Counted from the first letter of the stretch, positions 18,186 through 28,695 are shown. The stretch is DNA of 64,000 nucleotides from Rhodospirillaceae bacterium (GCA_038127535.1 JAYPHU010000014.1:713-64712); one strand, 5' to 3'. The notes: generated from the letters alone by a model not told the origin. Made by a program: numbers and translations.

Positions 18186-18769
18186 CAGTCGACTATCCCC
18201 CGGACATTTACTTCTTCATTGTCGTCATTGAGAGACGGATCAAAGAACCGGCCCTGTTTGGTCTCTTCGATGGACCGCCACACGGTATAGGCGGTGACCG
18301 CGATCAACAGAAACATACAGAGCGCGGCATAGGGAAAGGAATACCAGCGGGGCAATTCGGTGGTGGCGAACATTTCATTATATTTATACATGTCGTGTCC
18401 GCCGAGGATCAGCCGCCAGGTGAGCAGGCACCCCAGGAAGAGATACATGGCGTTTCCCAGGAGATCACAGGCGGTCTTCGCCCGGGTCGGGGTTTTGGAC
18501 ATGATGAAGTCGACGATGACATTGGCCCGGATCATCTGGCAGTAGGGCAGGAACGCGAACACCGCCGTACAGGTGCCCAGTTCGATCATGTCGATGATTC
18601 CGGAAATCGACGAAATATTGGTTGCCCGGCCGGTGACGTTGACGGTGATGGTGATCGCCATGATGGCGACCACGAAACCGCCCAACAGGGCAAGAAGTTC
18701 CGATAACCAATAAAGAACACGGCCCACCTTGTCGGTGGGCCGGGCGTCTTGTGCTAGTCCGTCGCTCAC
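18185..18769 (-). CDS. dctQ: TRAP transporter small permease
   Basis: Four TM segments between dctP and dctM. The likely start is GTG 18769 after GGAGG. Confidence 0.88.
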   Translation of the reverse strand: MSDGLAQDARPTDKVGRVLYWLSELLALLGGFVVAIMAITITVNVTGRATNISSISGIIDMIELGTCTAVFAFLPYCQMIRANVIVDFIMSKTPTRAKTACDLLGNAMYLFLGCLLTWRLILGGHDMYKYNEMFATTELPRWYSFPYAALCMFLLIAVTAYTVWRSIEETKQGRFFDPSLNDDNEEVNVRGIVD

Positions 18770-18804
18770 GAAGTTACCTCCCAAACAATGGGTAATTTAA
18801 CCCA

Positions 18805-19848
18805 CTATTTGGCGTACTTGGCAATCATCGCGTTCGCGTCGTCGATCATCTGCTGACCATTGTGGCCCAGCTTATTCATTTCATTGACGAACCGGGTGAA
18901 GACGACCTTGGTCGCTTCGCGGATTTTGTTGGTTTCTTCAAGGTTCAGCTTGGAGAACTTATTCTTCGTCTTGGACTTCATGACCTTGAGGCCCGGCGCT
19001 TCGATGGCGCGCCAGTTTTCACCGACAGAGCGGGCAATATTACGGCCCGAGTTGGCGTCGATGACCTTTTTCAGATCAGCCGGTAGACCGTCATATTTGG
19101 CCTTGTTCATCAGAAAGGTGAACACCGCCGTACCCAAACGGGGCTGCGGTCCGGACAGTTCCGTGAAGTAGCTGACCAGCTCGTGCATTTTCACGGCCGG
19201 AGCAATTTCATACGGCAGCATCACGCCGGTAATCGTACCCTTGGCCAGCATTGGCGGGATCCGGCCGAGCGGGGACTGAATCGCGTCCGCGCCCAAAGCC
19301 TGTAGCAGCCAGACACCCGTCCGGGTGGCGGCCCGCAGCTTACGGCCCTTGATGTCTTCCATCTTGGTGATCGGCTTACGGGTCATCAGAAGCTCGCCGT
19401 CGTGGGCGTGAACCATCAGAGGCTTATAATCCTTCAGTTCGTCGCCCAGATGCTTGTCCTGGAAATCCTGAAGCGCCAGAGTGGATGACAGCGCGTCCTT
19501 GTGAACGAAAGGCAATTCGAAGGTTTCCACCTTCGGCATGCGGCCGGCAGTAAAACCCGGCAGAACCCAGGTAACGTCGGCGACACCTTCACGAATCTGA
19601 TCCAGAAGCTGGGTCGGCTTGCCGCCCAATTGCATGGCCCAGAACGTTTTAACTTCGATACGGCCACCCGAATCCTTGCCGATTTTTTCGGCCCAAGGTT
19701 TCAAGAAGGTCTTAACCGGGTTGGCTACCGGCGGAACAAATGTATGCAGACGCAGTGTCACGTCGGCGGCATTCGCAACCGAAGAGACGGAAAGAGCACC
19801 GGCAGCGACAACAGCGGCCGCAGCGGCGATCGAAATCCCATTTTTCAT
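18805..19848 (-). CDS. dctP: TRAP transporter substrate-binding protein
   Basis: Signal peptide, SGGRIEV, QLGG, EDIKGRKLR. Confidence 0.93.
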   Translation of the reverse strand: MKNGISIAAAAAVVAAGALSVSSVANAADVTLRLHTFVPPVANPVKTFLKPWAEKIGKDSGGRIEVKTFWAMQLGGKPTQLLDQIREGVADVTWVLPGFTAGRMPKVETFELPFVHKDALSSTLALQDFQDKHLGDELKDYKPLMVHAHDGELLMTRKPITKMEDIKGRKLRAATRTGVWLLQALGADAIQSPLGRIPPMLAKGTITGVMLPYEIAPAVKMHELVSYFTELSGPQPRLGTAVFTFLMNKAKYDGLPADLKKVIDANSGRNIARSVGENWRAIEAPGLKVMKSKTKNKFSKLNLEETNKIREATKVVFTRFVNEMNKLGHNGQQMIDDANAMIAKYAK

Positions 19849-19902
19849 GAGAGGCTCCCTGTAAAGAAAATATAATTGAAGGCAGAAGCTATCTGATCAG
19901 CC

Positions 19903-19946
19903 TTATCGACTCAACGACAAATTATCGATAATTTATCGCTTTATCG
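19903..19946. promoter_or_regulatory. Putative GntR operator: 16-bp perfect palindrome plus three TTATCG half-sites
   Basis: AAATTATCGATAATTT at 19919-19934 and TTATCG at 19903, 19933 and 19941, in the dctP/gntR divergent promoter. Confidence 0.7.
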
Positions 19947-19968
19947 TTACTTTAAATCTCCGATTGAG

Positions 19969-20700
19969 GTGGCTAAGGTCATCAAAATAAAAATTGGCGT
20001 CAGGGAATTGGGTCAACTCCTAGCAAAATCGGAATCGTTGACGGAGCGCGCCTACCGTTCGCTTCGCCACGATATTATGTCGGGCATTCTCGAGCCGGAC
20101 ACGCCTTTGCGGGTTGAACATCTCAAGAAACAACTGGGCGTGGGATCGAGCCCGATCCGCGAAGCCCTCTCCCGCCTGGCCGCCGAAGGGCTGGTGGTCA
20201 GCGAGTTGAACCGGGGATTCCGGGTGCCGGTTGTGACCTATGACGATCTCCGCGACATCGTCGCCCAGCGCAAGCTGATCGAATGCAATACGCTTAGAGA
20301 AGCCATCTTGAACAGCGACGAACAATGGGAAGCGGAGGTCATCGCCGCCTATCACCGCATGACCAAGGTCGAGGAACGGGGATTGGCCGAAGGCCTCAAC
20401 CCCTGGGAAGAATGGGAAGAACGCCACCGAGAGTTTCATGAAGCCCTGATGAGCGGCGCCGGTTCCACCTGGGCCAGCAAGATGCTGCGCCAGCTTTATG
20501 ATCAAGGAGACCGCTACCGGCGGATTTACCGCTCGGACGCGTTCATCGTGCCGTGCATCCAAAACGATCATAAGCTGATCCTGGATGCCGTGCTGGCCCG
20601 CGACGTGGACGCCGCCCTGGCGGCCATGGGCAATCATGTGGAACGGTTGAACGAGGGCGCGGACAAGAGCACCGGCCCGCATCTGAAACCGGACAACTAA
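19969..20700 (+). CDS. GntR family transcriptional regulator (FCD domain)
   Basis: LGVGSSPIREALSRLAAEGLV HTH, HREFHEAL, NDHKLILDAV. Start is uncertain (GTG 19969 or TTG 20008). Confidence 0.92.
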   Translation: MAKVIKIKIGVRELGQLLAKSESLTERAYRSLRHDIMSGILEPDTPLRVEHLKKQLGVGSSPIREALSRLAAEGLVVSELNRGFRVPVVTYDDLRDIVAQRKLIECNTLREAILNSDEQWEAEVIAAYHRMTKVEERGLAEGLNPWEEWEERHREFHEALMSGAGSTWASKMLRQLYDQGDRYRRIYRSDAFIVPCIQNDHKLILDAVLARDVDAALAAMGNHVERLNEGADKSTGPHLKPDN

Positions 20701-20724
20701 TCATTTAAATTGAGGGAGAACGTC

Positions 20725-21489
20725 ATGGGCTGCATGGACGGAAAAGTGTGCGTGGTGACCGGCGGAGCCGGCAGTATCGGTCTGGCGAGCGCCAAATTAT
20801 TTCTGGAGGAAGGCGGCAAGGTTCTGCTGGTCGACCTCAGCGAGGATCAGCTGGCCACAGCCGCCGGCACGCTCTCAGCCTTCGGCGATGACGTCAAAAC
20901 CTGCGCCGCGGACGTCTCCGACACGGCGCAAACCAAAGCTTACCTGAAAGCCAGCCATGACGCCTGGGGCAACATCGATGTGATTTTCTCCAACGCCGGC
21001 GCGAGCGGCGAGATCAAACCCATTGTCGACTATGACGACGACGTGTTCGACCGGGTGATGGCGGTGAACGTCCGCGCCTCTTACCTGGTGTGCAAATACG
21101 GCTTGCCCCTGATGAACGACGGCGGCAGCATCATCATCACGTCTTCCATCATGGGGGTACGCACCAATCCCCTCATCGTCGCCTACACTACGTCCAAGCA
21201 TGCGGTGGTCGGCCTGGCCCGCACCGTGGCCAAGGAAGTGGCCGGGCGCAACATTCGGGTGAACGTGCTGGCGCCGGGGCCGGTGGACAATGAATTTCAG
21301 ACGGATATCGAGGACCGGATCGGCGCCGCCGTCGGCACTGACGCCACCGCGATGATCAACGAGGGCATCCCGCTTAAGCGCCACGCCAGCGCGGCGGAAA
21401 TCGCCGAGACCACGTTGTTCCTGGCCTCCGACCGCTCCAGCTTCTCCACCGGCGGCGTGTTCATGGCCGATGGGGGGTTGAACTCTTAA
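20725..21489 (+). CDS. SDR family oxidoreductase
   Basis: TGGAGSIG, NAG, YTTSK, PGPVD. ATG 20725 follows GGGAG. Confidence 0.93.
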   Translation: MGCMDGKVCVVTGGAGSIGLASAKLFLEEGGKVLLVDLSEDQLATAAGTLSAFGDDVKTCAADVSDTAQTKAYLKASHDAWGNIDVIFSNAGASGEIKPIVDYDDDVFDRVMAVNVRASYLVCKYGLPLMNDGGSIIITSSIMGVRTNPLIVAYTTSKHAVVGLARTVAKEVAGRNIRVNVLAPGPVDNEFQTDIEDRIGAAVGTDATAMINEGIPLKRHASAAEIAETTLFLASDRSSFSTGGVFMADGGLNS

Positions 21490-21496
21490 AGAGCCC

Positions 21497-22468
21497 TCAC
21501 ACCCGCAACGCCACAGCGCCGGTGGTTTTGCGCGCGGCGATGTCGATATGGGCCTGAACCGCGTCGGCGAGCGGGTACACGTGGCTGACGTCCGGCGTTA
21601 AGACCCCCTGACCGACCAGATCAAAGAATTCCTGCGCCCGGGCGCGCCGTTCCTCCGGCGTCCGCATATAGTGGGGCAGCGAGGATTTGTTGAAGAACAT
21701 CGACTTCGCGTTGATCGCCATAGCATCGACCGGCGGCAGCGGGCCTGACGACAGTCCGTAGTTCACGAAATAGCCGCGCACCGCCAGCGCTTCCAGATTG
21801 CCGTCATACGTTTCTTGGCCGACCGCGTCATAGACGACGGTGGCGCCCTTCTCGTTCGTGAAGGCCAGAACCTCCTTGGCGAAATCCTGATCCGAATAGT
21901 TGATCACCAGATCACAGCCCAGGCCCTTGACCAGATCGGCCTTGGCGTCGGTGCTGACCGTGCCGATGACCGTGGCCCCCAGATGCTTGGCCCATTGCAC
22001 CAGAATGGTGCCGACCCCGCCGGCGGCGGAATGCACCAATACCACGTCATCGCCGGTCACCGCATAGGTGGATTTCACAAGGTATTGCGCGGTTATCCCC
22101 CGCAACAGGCTGGAGCCGGCGACCTCGTCGCTGACACCGTCCGGTACCGGGATGACAAAGTCGGCAGGCACGCACTTCTTCTCGGCGTAGGCGCCCAAGG
22201 ACATGACATAACCGACCCGCTGGCCGACGGAGATGCCGTCAACGCCCTCGCCTACAGCGGCAACCGTGCCGGCGCCTTCAAAGCCGGGAATAGCCGGTGT
22301 CTCGGGCTTAATGAAATACCGGCCCTCCCGCATCATGACGTCGGCAAAGTTGACGCCGATCATGGTCTGGTCGACCAACACCTCGCCGGCGGCCGGCGTC
22401 GGGTCGGGCGCATCTCCATAGGACAGGACGTCCGTCCCGCCATAGTCCGTCATCGTGATGGCTTTCAT
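21497..22468 (-). CDS. Quinone oxidoreductase (Qor/zeta-crystallin, MDR family)
   Basis: GVNFAD, IPGFEGAG, HSAAGGVG, YDAVG, TTGAVAL. The likely start is MKAITM at 22468. Confidence 0.9.
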   Translation of the reverse strand: MKAITMTDYGGTDVLSYGDAPDPTPAAGEVLVDQTMIGVNFADVMMREGRYFIKPETPAIPGFEGAGTVAAVGEGVDGISVGQRVGYVMSLGAYAEKKCVPADFVIPVPDGVSDEVAGSSLLRGITAQYLVKSTYAVTGDDVVLVHSAAGGVGTILVQWAKHLGATVIGTVSTDAKADLVKGLGCDLVINYSDQDFAKEVLAFTNEKGATVVYDAVGQETYDGNLEALAVRGYFVNYGLSSGPLPPVDAMAINAKSMFFNKSSLPHYMRTPEERRARAQEFFDLVGQGVLTPDVSHVYPLADAVQAHIDIAARKTTGAVALRV

Positions 22469-22518
22469 ACCTACTGTTCCTTTGTCTGATAATTTTAGGA
22501 GAGGAGCCTCGCCGCCCC

Positions 22519-23376
22519 TTAAAAGCTCTTGGTCTGTTGCGGCCGCCAGCGGGAGAACCGGGCCTCGATGGAGCGCACGATCCCGGTCAGGATCAGCGAC
22601 ATGGCCATGAACAGGATCAGCCCGGCGAACACCACATCCACTTGGAAGGAGCCGGACGCCCGGACCATGATCACCCCGACGCCGTTGGACGAGCCGCCGA
22701 AGAACTCCGCCACCACCACGCCCAACACGGCGCGGCCGATGGCGAGCCGCAGCCCGGCGATGATGAACGGCAGGGAATTGGGTATGACCACCAGCTTGTT
22801 GATCTCCCACTCGTTCGCGCCGTAGGATTTCACCACATTGATAAGCAACCGGTCGGCGTTCTTCACCCCTTCGTATGTGTTGATCAGCAGCGGGAACAAT
22901 GCGCCGATAAACACCACGACAATGACCGACCACATGCCGATGCCGAACCAGATCAGAATGAGCGGCAGGAACACCAGCCGGGGCGTCGCATTGATCGCCG
23001 TGATAAACGGATCGAACATGTCGCTAAGTACTTGGGAGCGGCCCATGACAACGCCCAACGGCAAGGCGACAATGATGGAGAGGCCCAGGCCCAGGCCAAA
23101 GGCGCTGGCGCTGAACTGCAGCGCCGGCCACAATTTGCCGCTGGCGATCAGGTCGCCGAACGCGCCGACGATCATAGTCGGCGTGGCGAAAAACAACTTC
23201 ATGCCCTTCGACAGCGTGAACACCGACGGCACCAACTGCCAGATGATGATCATCAGGGCGATGAAACCGAAGCCTAGGAACAGGGACTCGTTCTTCTCCC
23301 AAAAGCCGGGATTGTTGATGTCGTCCACGGGCTCCACGGGGGCAAGACCGGTATCGGGCATATCCATTTTGCTCAT
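22519..23376 (-). CDS. ABC permease, NitT/TauT family
   Basis: PRLVFLPL, VKSYGA, LPFIIAGLRLAIG, VVAEFF. Confidence 0.92.
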   Translation of the reverse strand: MSKMDMPDTGLAPVEPVDDINNPGFWEKNESLFLGFGFIALMIIIWQLVPSVFTLSKGMKLFFATPTMIVGAFGDLIASGKLWPALQFSASAFGLGLGLSIIVALPLGVVMGRSQVLSDMFDPFITAINATPRLVFLPLILIWFGIGMWSVIVVVFIGALFPLLINTYEGVKNADRLLINVVKSYGANEWEINKLVVIPNSLPFIIAGLRLAIGRAVLGVVVAEFFGGSSNGVGVIMVRASGSFQVDVVFAGLILFMAMSLILTGIVRSIEARFSRWRPQQTKSF

Positions 23377-23388
23377 CGCCGCCGCCCC

Positions 23389-24198
23389 CTACATGCCCAC
23401 GCGCCACGGGAAGGCCGTGCGCTCCGCCCAGCGAATGCCTTCGGTGAACAGGATGGCGACCACCATCATCACCAGGATGTAACCGAACATCCGGTCCAGC
23501 ACATACATGTCGCCATACCAGGCGATACGGTAGCCGACCCCTTCGGAGGCGGCGAAGAACTCGCCCACCAGGACGCCGATCAGGCCGCGGCCGATGGCGT
23601 AGCGCGCGCCGGCGATGACGAATGGCAGCACCGTCGGCACGATGACGATGCGATAAAGATCCATCTCCTTGCCACCGAAGGAAAGTACCGTGTTGATCAG
23701 CAGCGGATCAACGGATCGCACCCCGGCCAGGGAGTTAAAGACAAACGGAAAGACGCAGAGAACGAATATCAGGATCGCCTTGCCAGCAACGCCGACGCCG
23801 AAAAAGATGATCACCAGCGGCGCGACGGCCACCAGCGGGCTCGCGTACAGTGCCGTCAACAACGGGTCCAACGAATAGCCCACCTTTTCCCGCCAACCCA
23901 TCACCACGCCAACCGGAATGCCGATCACCACCGCCGCGCCGAAGCCGAACAGCAACGGCCGGCCGCTGACCAACAAATCCCGCCATAGAATGCCGCTTTC
24001 CATGTCGCGCGTAATGCCGAGGAAAATCAGACTCGGCTTGGAAATAACGAACTTATTGAGGGGGATAAACCAAGTGAGCAGCGCCTCCCACACCAGGAAG
24101 AACAAAATCACGGCGATGCCGCCGATGATCAGCCGCCGCCAGGTCTGCCAAAACGTCAGTTTGCCGACTTCTTCCTCTTCCATGACGTGGTCCGTCAT
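23389..24198 (-). CDS. ABC permease, NitT/TauT family
   Basis: SPLVAVAPL, LPFVIAGARYAIG, VGEFFA. Confidence 0.92.
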   Translation of the reverse strand: MTDHVMEEEEVGKLTFWQTWRRLIIGGIAVILFFLVWEALLTWFIPLNKFVISKPSLIFLGITRDMESGILWRDLLVSGRPLLFGFGAAVVIGIPVGVVMGWREKVGYSLDPLLTALYASPLVAVAPLVIIFFGVGVAGKAILIFVLCVFPFVFNSLAGVRSVDPLLINTVLSFGGKEMDLYRIVIVPTVLPFVIAGARYAIGRGLIGVLVGEFFAASEGVGYRIAWYGDMYVLDRMFGYILVMMVVAILFTEGIRWAERTAFPWRVGM

Positions 24199-24201
24199 CC
24201 C

Positions 24202-24993
24202 TTAATCCACCACCGGGCCGCCCTGGGAGTCAATCTCGTCCTTGAGCTCGTTCCAAATTTGCAGCTTTAAGTCATTAAACTCCGGCGTCACCCGCATTTC
24301 ATAATCCCGGGGCCGAGCCAGCGGAATATCGATCAGCTTCTTGGTCCGGCCGGGCCGTTTGGTCATCACGATCACCCGGTCGGAGAGATACACCGCCTCC
24401 TCGATCTGGTGGGTCACAAACAGAACCGTCTTCTTCGCTTCCTGCCAGATGCGCAGTAGTTCCGCCTGCATAATATCACGTGTCTGGGCGTCTAGCGCCG
24501 CAAACGGTTCATCCATCAACAGCACGTCCGGGTCCGAGACCAGGGCGCGGGCGATGCCCACCCGTTGCTTCATGCCGCCCGAGAGCTCGTGTGGATAATG
24601 ATTTTCAAAACCGGCAAGCCCGACCATCTCGATAAACTTCTGGCTGGCGTCCCGGCGCTCGGCCTTGGAGACGCCGCGCAGTTCCTGACCCAGCCCTACA
24701 TTGTCCATCACCGTCCGCCAGGGCAGCAGGCCGAATTCCTGGAACACCATGGCCCGGTCCTGGCCCGGCCCGGAGACCGTTTTACCGTTGATCGACATCA
24801 CCCCCGAGTTCGGCGGGATGAGACCTAGCAATACGTTTAGAAAGGTGCTCTTGCCGCAGCCCGACGGGCCGACGATCGAGACAAACTCACCCTCGTCCAC
24901 GTTTAGATTGAAATCCTGAAGCGCCATCACCGGACGCCGGTTTGGCGGTGTGAAGGTCAGATTGATGTTCTCGGCCTTGATATAGTCGGCCAT
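24202..24993 (-). CDS. ABC ATP-binding protein, TauB/SsuB-like
   Basis: GPSGCGKST, LSGGMKQR, LLMDEPFAALDAQTR. Confidence 0.95.
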   Translation of the reverse strand: MADYIKAENINLTFTPPNRRPVMALQDFNLNVDEGEFVSIVGPSGCGKSTFLNVLLGLIPPNSGVMSINGKTVSGPGQDRAMVFQEFGLLPWRTVMDNVGLGQELRGVSKAERRDASQKFIEMVGLAGFENHYPHELSGGMKQRVGIARALVSDPDVLLMDEPFAALDAQTRDIMQAELLRIWQEAKKTVLFVTHQIEEAVYLSDRVIVMTKRPGRTKKLIDIPLARPRDYEMRVTPEFNDLKLQIWNELKDEIDSQGGPVVD

Positions 24994-25246
24994 TTCGTAC
25001 CCCTTTGGGTTCCGGCGGCATTGCGTTTTAATCGTCGGAACAGTCCCTGTTCATGCGGACGCCCTGTAGGCATCCAGTTGCCTAAAGGTAGGCATGTTTG
25101 CCGGGGCGGGTCCAGAGTTATCTCGCGCCTCAGTTCGTCCAAAATTTTCGGCTTTCAATAGCGGGCGTACGGGAGATAGTATGGCTCGCCGATACGAACG
25201 AAAAATCTAAACAGGCTCTCAAACCAAACACAGGAAGGTGCATGTC

Positions 25247-26263
25247 ATGTTGAAATCCAAGTTTCTCATTGCCGCGATGGCCCTGGCCGCTGTCGCCTTC
25301 GCCGGCGCCGCCGAGGCCCAGACCAAGATTAAGGTCGGCCGCACGCTAAGCGGCTCCGGGTTCCACATCCCCGTCTATATCGCCTACTCCAAAGGCCTCT
25401 TCAAAAAAGAAGGGTTGGACGCGGAAATGGTCTCTATGACCGGTAAGGCGCTGGTCACCGCCGGCGTTTCCGGCAATATCGATTTCCTGCCCGTGCCGGG
25501 CGGCGGATCGCAGGCCTCTTTGCAAGGCGCGAAACTCAAGTACATTGTAGGCGAGTCCCTGATTTCCCAATGGGCCCTGGTCGCCGATCCGAAGATCAAG
25601 TCGGTGAAAGACCTCAAAGGCAAGACCGTCGGCTACGGCCGGGCGGGCGCCGCCGACTATGATGAAGGCGAAATCGTGCTTAGCCGCTTCTTCGACATGC
25701 GGGTGGGCCGGGACTACAAGGTGATCAGTTTCCAAGCTGAATCCGACCGGGTTGCGGGCCTCATCAACGGTGATATCGTCGCCGGTCTGATGTCTTTCCC
25801 GACAGCAGCCCGTGCGCAGGTCGCCGGCTTTAAGATGCTGGTGAAAACCGGTCAGTATCTGCCCCGCGTCGGCGGCAGCATCTGGACTCGCGCCGAGTAT
25901 GTGGAGAAGAACCGGGGCACGGTGAAGAAGTTCATCCGCGCCATCGCCAACTCCATCGAGTACCTCCGGACCAACAAGGAAGGTTCCGTCGAAGTCATCA
26001 TGGCGGAATTCGGCCTCAAGGACAAAAAGCAGGCGGGCATCGTCTGGGATGAAATTCATGATCAATATTCCCCGGACTTGCCGGCCGATCTATTCAAGAA
26101 ACTGTTCGAAGGCCGTCAAAAACGTATGGTGAAACGCGGCCTGTGGCCGAAAGACAAGCCGATGCCGGACGTCAATAAGTTCATCGCGCGCGAACTGCTG
26201 GACGAAACCCTTCGGGAAATGGGCTACTTCCTGCAGCCCCGGCCGAAGCCCGACGCCGGTTAA
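25247..26263 (+). CDS. ABC substrate-binding protein, NMT1/SsuA-like
   Basis: Signal peptide ending AEA-Q, YIAYSKGLFKKEGLD, KDLKGKTVG. Divergent from the cognate permease/ATPase genes. Confidence 0.88.
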   Translation: MLKSKFLIAAMALAAVAFAGAAEAQTKIKVGRTLSGSGFHIPVYIAYSKGLFKKEGLDAEMVSMTGKALVTAGVSGNIDFLPVPGGGSQASLQGAKLKYIVGESLISQWALVADPKIKSVKDLKGKTVGYGRAGAADYDEGEIVLSRFFDMRVGRDYKVISFQAESDRVAGLINGDIVAGLMSFPTAARAQVAGFKMLVKTGQYLPRVGGSIWTRAEYVEKNRGTVKKFIRAIANSIEYLRTNKEGSVEVIMAEFGLKDKKQAGIVWDEIHDQYSPDLPADLFKKLFEGRQKRMVKRGLWPKDKPMPDVNKFIARELLDETLREMGYFLQPRPKPDAG

Positions 26264-26285
26264 GTAATGTCGGCATGATCGAGAG

Positions 26286-26319
26286 GAAGCGGCCCGGGTC
26301 TGTCCGGGCCGTTTCTTTT
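26286..26319 (+). terminator. Rho-independent terminator or hairpin after the SBP gene
   Basis: GAAGCGGCCCGG-N6-CCGGGCCGTTTC followed by TTTT. Confidence 0.7.
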
Positions 26320-26324
26320 GAAAA

Positions 26325-27923
26325 ATGGCTGAAGAACAAAACTTTGATTATGTGATTGTCGGCGGCGGTTCCGCCGGCTGCGTGCTCGCCAACCGGCTAA
26401 GCGAGGACACCAAGGTCTCCGTCTGCCTGCTGGAAGCCGGCGGGCCGGACAAGCACTGGCAAATTCATGTGCCGCTGGGCCTGATCTTCGGGATGGTCAA
26501 CGACAAGATCACCTGGAAGTTTCAAACCACACCGCAGGCCAAGGCGAATGACCGGCAAATATACATTCCGCGCGGCGGCGTGCTGGGCGGGTCCAGTTCC
26601 ATCAACGGGATGATGTATATCCGCGGCAATCCGAAAGACTATGACGATTGGGCGGCCGCGGGAAATGCGGGCTGGTCCTGGGACGAGGTCAAACCGTATT
26701 TCCTGAAATCCGAAAACAATGAACAGTATGCGGGCGACGGACATCACGCCGCCGGCGGGCCGCTGAATGTCACCTTCATTCGCGATCCAAACCCGACCAT
26801 CGACAGTTTCGTCGAGGCGGCAGAAAGCCTCCAGTATCGCGCCAATCATGACTTCAACGGCGACACCCAGGAAGGCTTCGGTCTCAGCCAGGTCACCCAG
26901 AAGAACGGCCGTCGCTGGTCCACCGCCAAGGCGTTCCTGGAGCCCGCTAAGAGCCGAAAGAACCTGACCGTAATCACCCATGCGCCGGTGGAGAAAGTGC
27001 TGATCGAAAACGGCCGGGCAATTGGCGTCAGCACTATCGGCGGCGTCATGACGGTCAGGGCGAACAAGGAAGTGGTGTTGTCCGCCGGCGCCATCATCTC
27101 GCCGAAAATCCTGCTGCAGTCGGGCATCGGCGACGGCGGCGAATTAAAAGAACTGGGCGTGGAGAGTGCCCACCACCTGCCCGGCGTCGGCAAGAACCTG
27201 CAGGACCACGCCGCCATATTGGTATCGACCAAGACCAAACACCGGACGCCGGCTGGGTTTTCTATTCCGGCGCTGCCCAAACATGCGATCTCCGTCCTGG
27301 ACTACCTGATCCACCGCCGCGGGCTCTGGTCCTCCAACATGGTAGAAGGCACCGGCTTCATCCGCACCCGGCCAGAACTTGACCGGCCGGATATCCAGTA
27401 CATCTGGACGCCCGGCTACCGCAGCCCGCCGCCGAAGATGATTGGCTATGGCCACGGCTATGCGCTGTCGACGGTGCTGCTGCATCCGAAAAGCAGGGGC
27501 TCGGTTGGCATCTCCAGCGCAAACGGCGCCGAAAAGCCGCTGATCAACCCGCAGTTCTTCTCGGAACAAGAAGACCTGGAGATTCTTCTCAAAGGAATGA
27601 AGGAATCCATCCGCATTCTGAAGGCCGACGCTTTTAAAAAGTACAAGCTGATCTCCAGCCGGCCCGACCTTGACGCAGACGATGACACCCTCCGGGACTT
27701 CGTCCTGGCCAACGCCGCCACCATCTTCCATCCCGTCGGCACCTGCAAAATGGGCAACGACGATACAGCCGTAGTGGATGAGAGATTGAAAGTGAGGGGG
27801 CTGGAGGGGTTGCGGGTCGCCGATGCCTCAATCATGCCCACCATCGTCAGCGGCAACACCAACGCGCCGACCATAATGATCGCGGAAAAATCCGCCGATA
27901 TGATCAAGCAGGACGCGGCCTAA
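26325..27923 (+). CDS. GMC family oxidoreductase (choline dehydrogenase-like)
   Basis: [56 protein letters not shown]. Confidence 0.93.
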   Translation: MAEEQNFDYVIVGGGSAGCVLANRLSEDTKVSVCLLEAGGPDKHWQIHVPLGLIFGMVNDKITWKFQTTPQAKANDRQIYIPRGGVLGGSSSINGMMYIRGNPKDYDDWAAAGNAGWSWDEVKPYFLKSENNEQYAGDGHHAAGGPLNVTFIRDPNPTIDSFVEAAESLQYRANHDFNGDTQEGFGLSQVTQKNGRRWSTAKAFLEPAKSRKNLTVITHAPVEKVLIENGRAIGVSTIGGVMTVRANKEVVLSAGAIISPKILLQSGIGDGGELKELGVESAHHLPGVGKNLQDHAAILVSTKTKHRTPAGFSIPALPKHAISVLDYLIHRRGLWSSNMVEGTGFIRTRPELDRPDIQYIWTPGYRSPPPKMIGYGHGYALSTVLLHPKSRGSVGISSANGAEKPLINPQFFSEQEDLEILLKGMKESIRILKADAFKKYKLISSRPDLDADDDTLRDFVLANAATIFHPVGTCKMGNDDTAVVDERLKVRGLEGLRVADASIMPTIVSGNTNAPTIMIAEKSADMIKQDAA

Positions 27924-27933
27924 GAAGAACGCC

Positions 27934-28695
27934 TCAGCCTGCGTCCGGCGGCGTCAGTTCCTTCCGCTTCCACCACAACAAATTGCCCTGTAGGAATGAC
28001 TGCGCGAGCTCGCTTTCCGGTTTATCGAAAAAGCTTTGCGCTGGCGATCGTTCGATCAGCCGACCCCGATACATAAACAGTACATCATCGGCCAGACGCC
28101 TGGCCTGGGCCATATCGTGGCTGGACATGATGACGGTCGTCCCCGACGCGCGGATCGCCTGGATAAACTCTTCAATCGCATGGGTGGCGGACGGGTCCAA
28201 CGCCGCCGTCGGCTCATCCAGGAATAGAACCTCGGGCTGGAGGGTCCAGGCCCGCGCCACGGAGAGACGCTGTTGCTCCCCGCCTGACAACCGACGTGCC
28301 GAAACCTTCGCCAGCCGCCGCAGCCCGGTGCGTTCCAGCATTTCTTCGATGCGGCTCACTCTCTCCGCCTTGTCGACGTTGCGCTGGCAGAGGGCGTGAT
28401 CCAGGTTGGCGTAGACCGAGCGGCGCAGCATCACCGGACGCTGGAACACCATGGCCTGATGGGGCTGGGGGTCTTCCGCCGCCGGCCCCTGCCAGGTCAC
28501 ACTGCCGGCCGTGGGCTCAATCAATCCATGACAAAGGCGCAATAGTAGGCTTTTCCCGGCCCCGTTCGGCCCGAGAACAAAACTCAACGAGCCCGCTTTA
28601 AACTCGGTACTCACATCTTTGATCAAACGGATGCCGTCGGCCTCGAACTCCACGCCCGAGAGCGAAAGGGGTAAAATGTTGGAGAGGCTAGCCAT
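27934..28695 (-). CDS. tupC: Tungstate ABC transporter ATP-binding protein
   Basis: GPNGAGKS, MVFQRPVMLRRSV, LSGGEQQR, LDEPTAALDP. It follows tupB. Confidence 0.8.
   Translation of the reverse strand: MASLSNILPLSLSGVEFEADGIRLIKDVSTEFKAGSLSFVLGPNGAGKSLLLRLCHGLIEPTAGSVTWQGPAAEDPQPHQAMVFQRPVMLRRSVYANLDHALCQRNVDKAERVSRIEEMLERTGLRRLAKVSARRLSGGEQQRLSVARAWTLQPEVLFLDEPTAALDPSATHAIEEFIQAIRASGTTVIMSSHDMAQARRLADDVLFMYRGRLIERSPAQSFFDKPESELAQSFLQGNLLWWKRKELTPPDAG

Noticed and set aside
22469-22933. N-terminal extension of the 478-aa Qor ORF
   Set aside because: It overlaps the ABC permease in another frame. Qor homology starts at 22468.
26325-27923. Calling the GMC enzyme betA
   Set aside because: No betB, betI or choline transporter is nearby, and family motifs alone do not fix the substrate.
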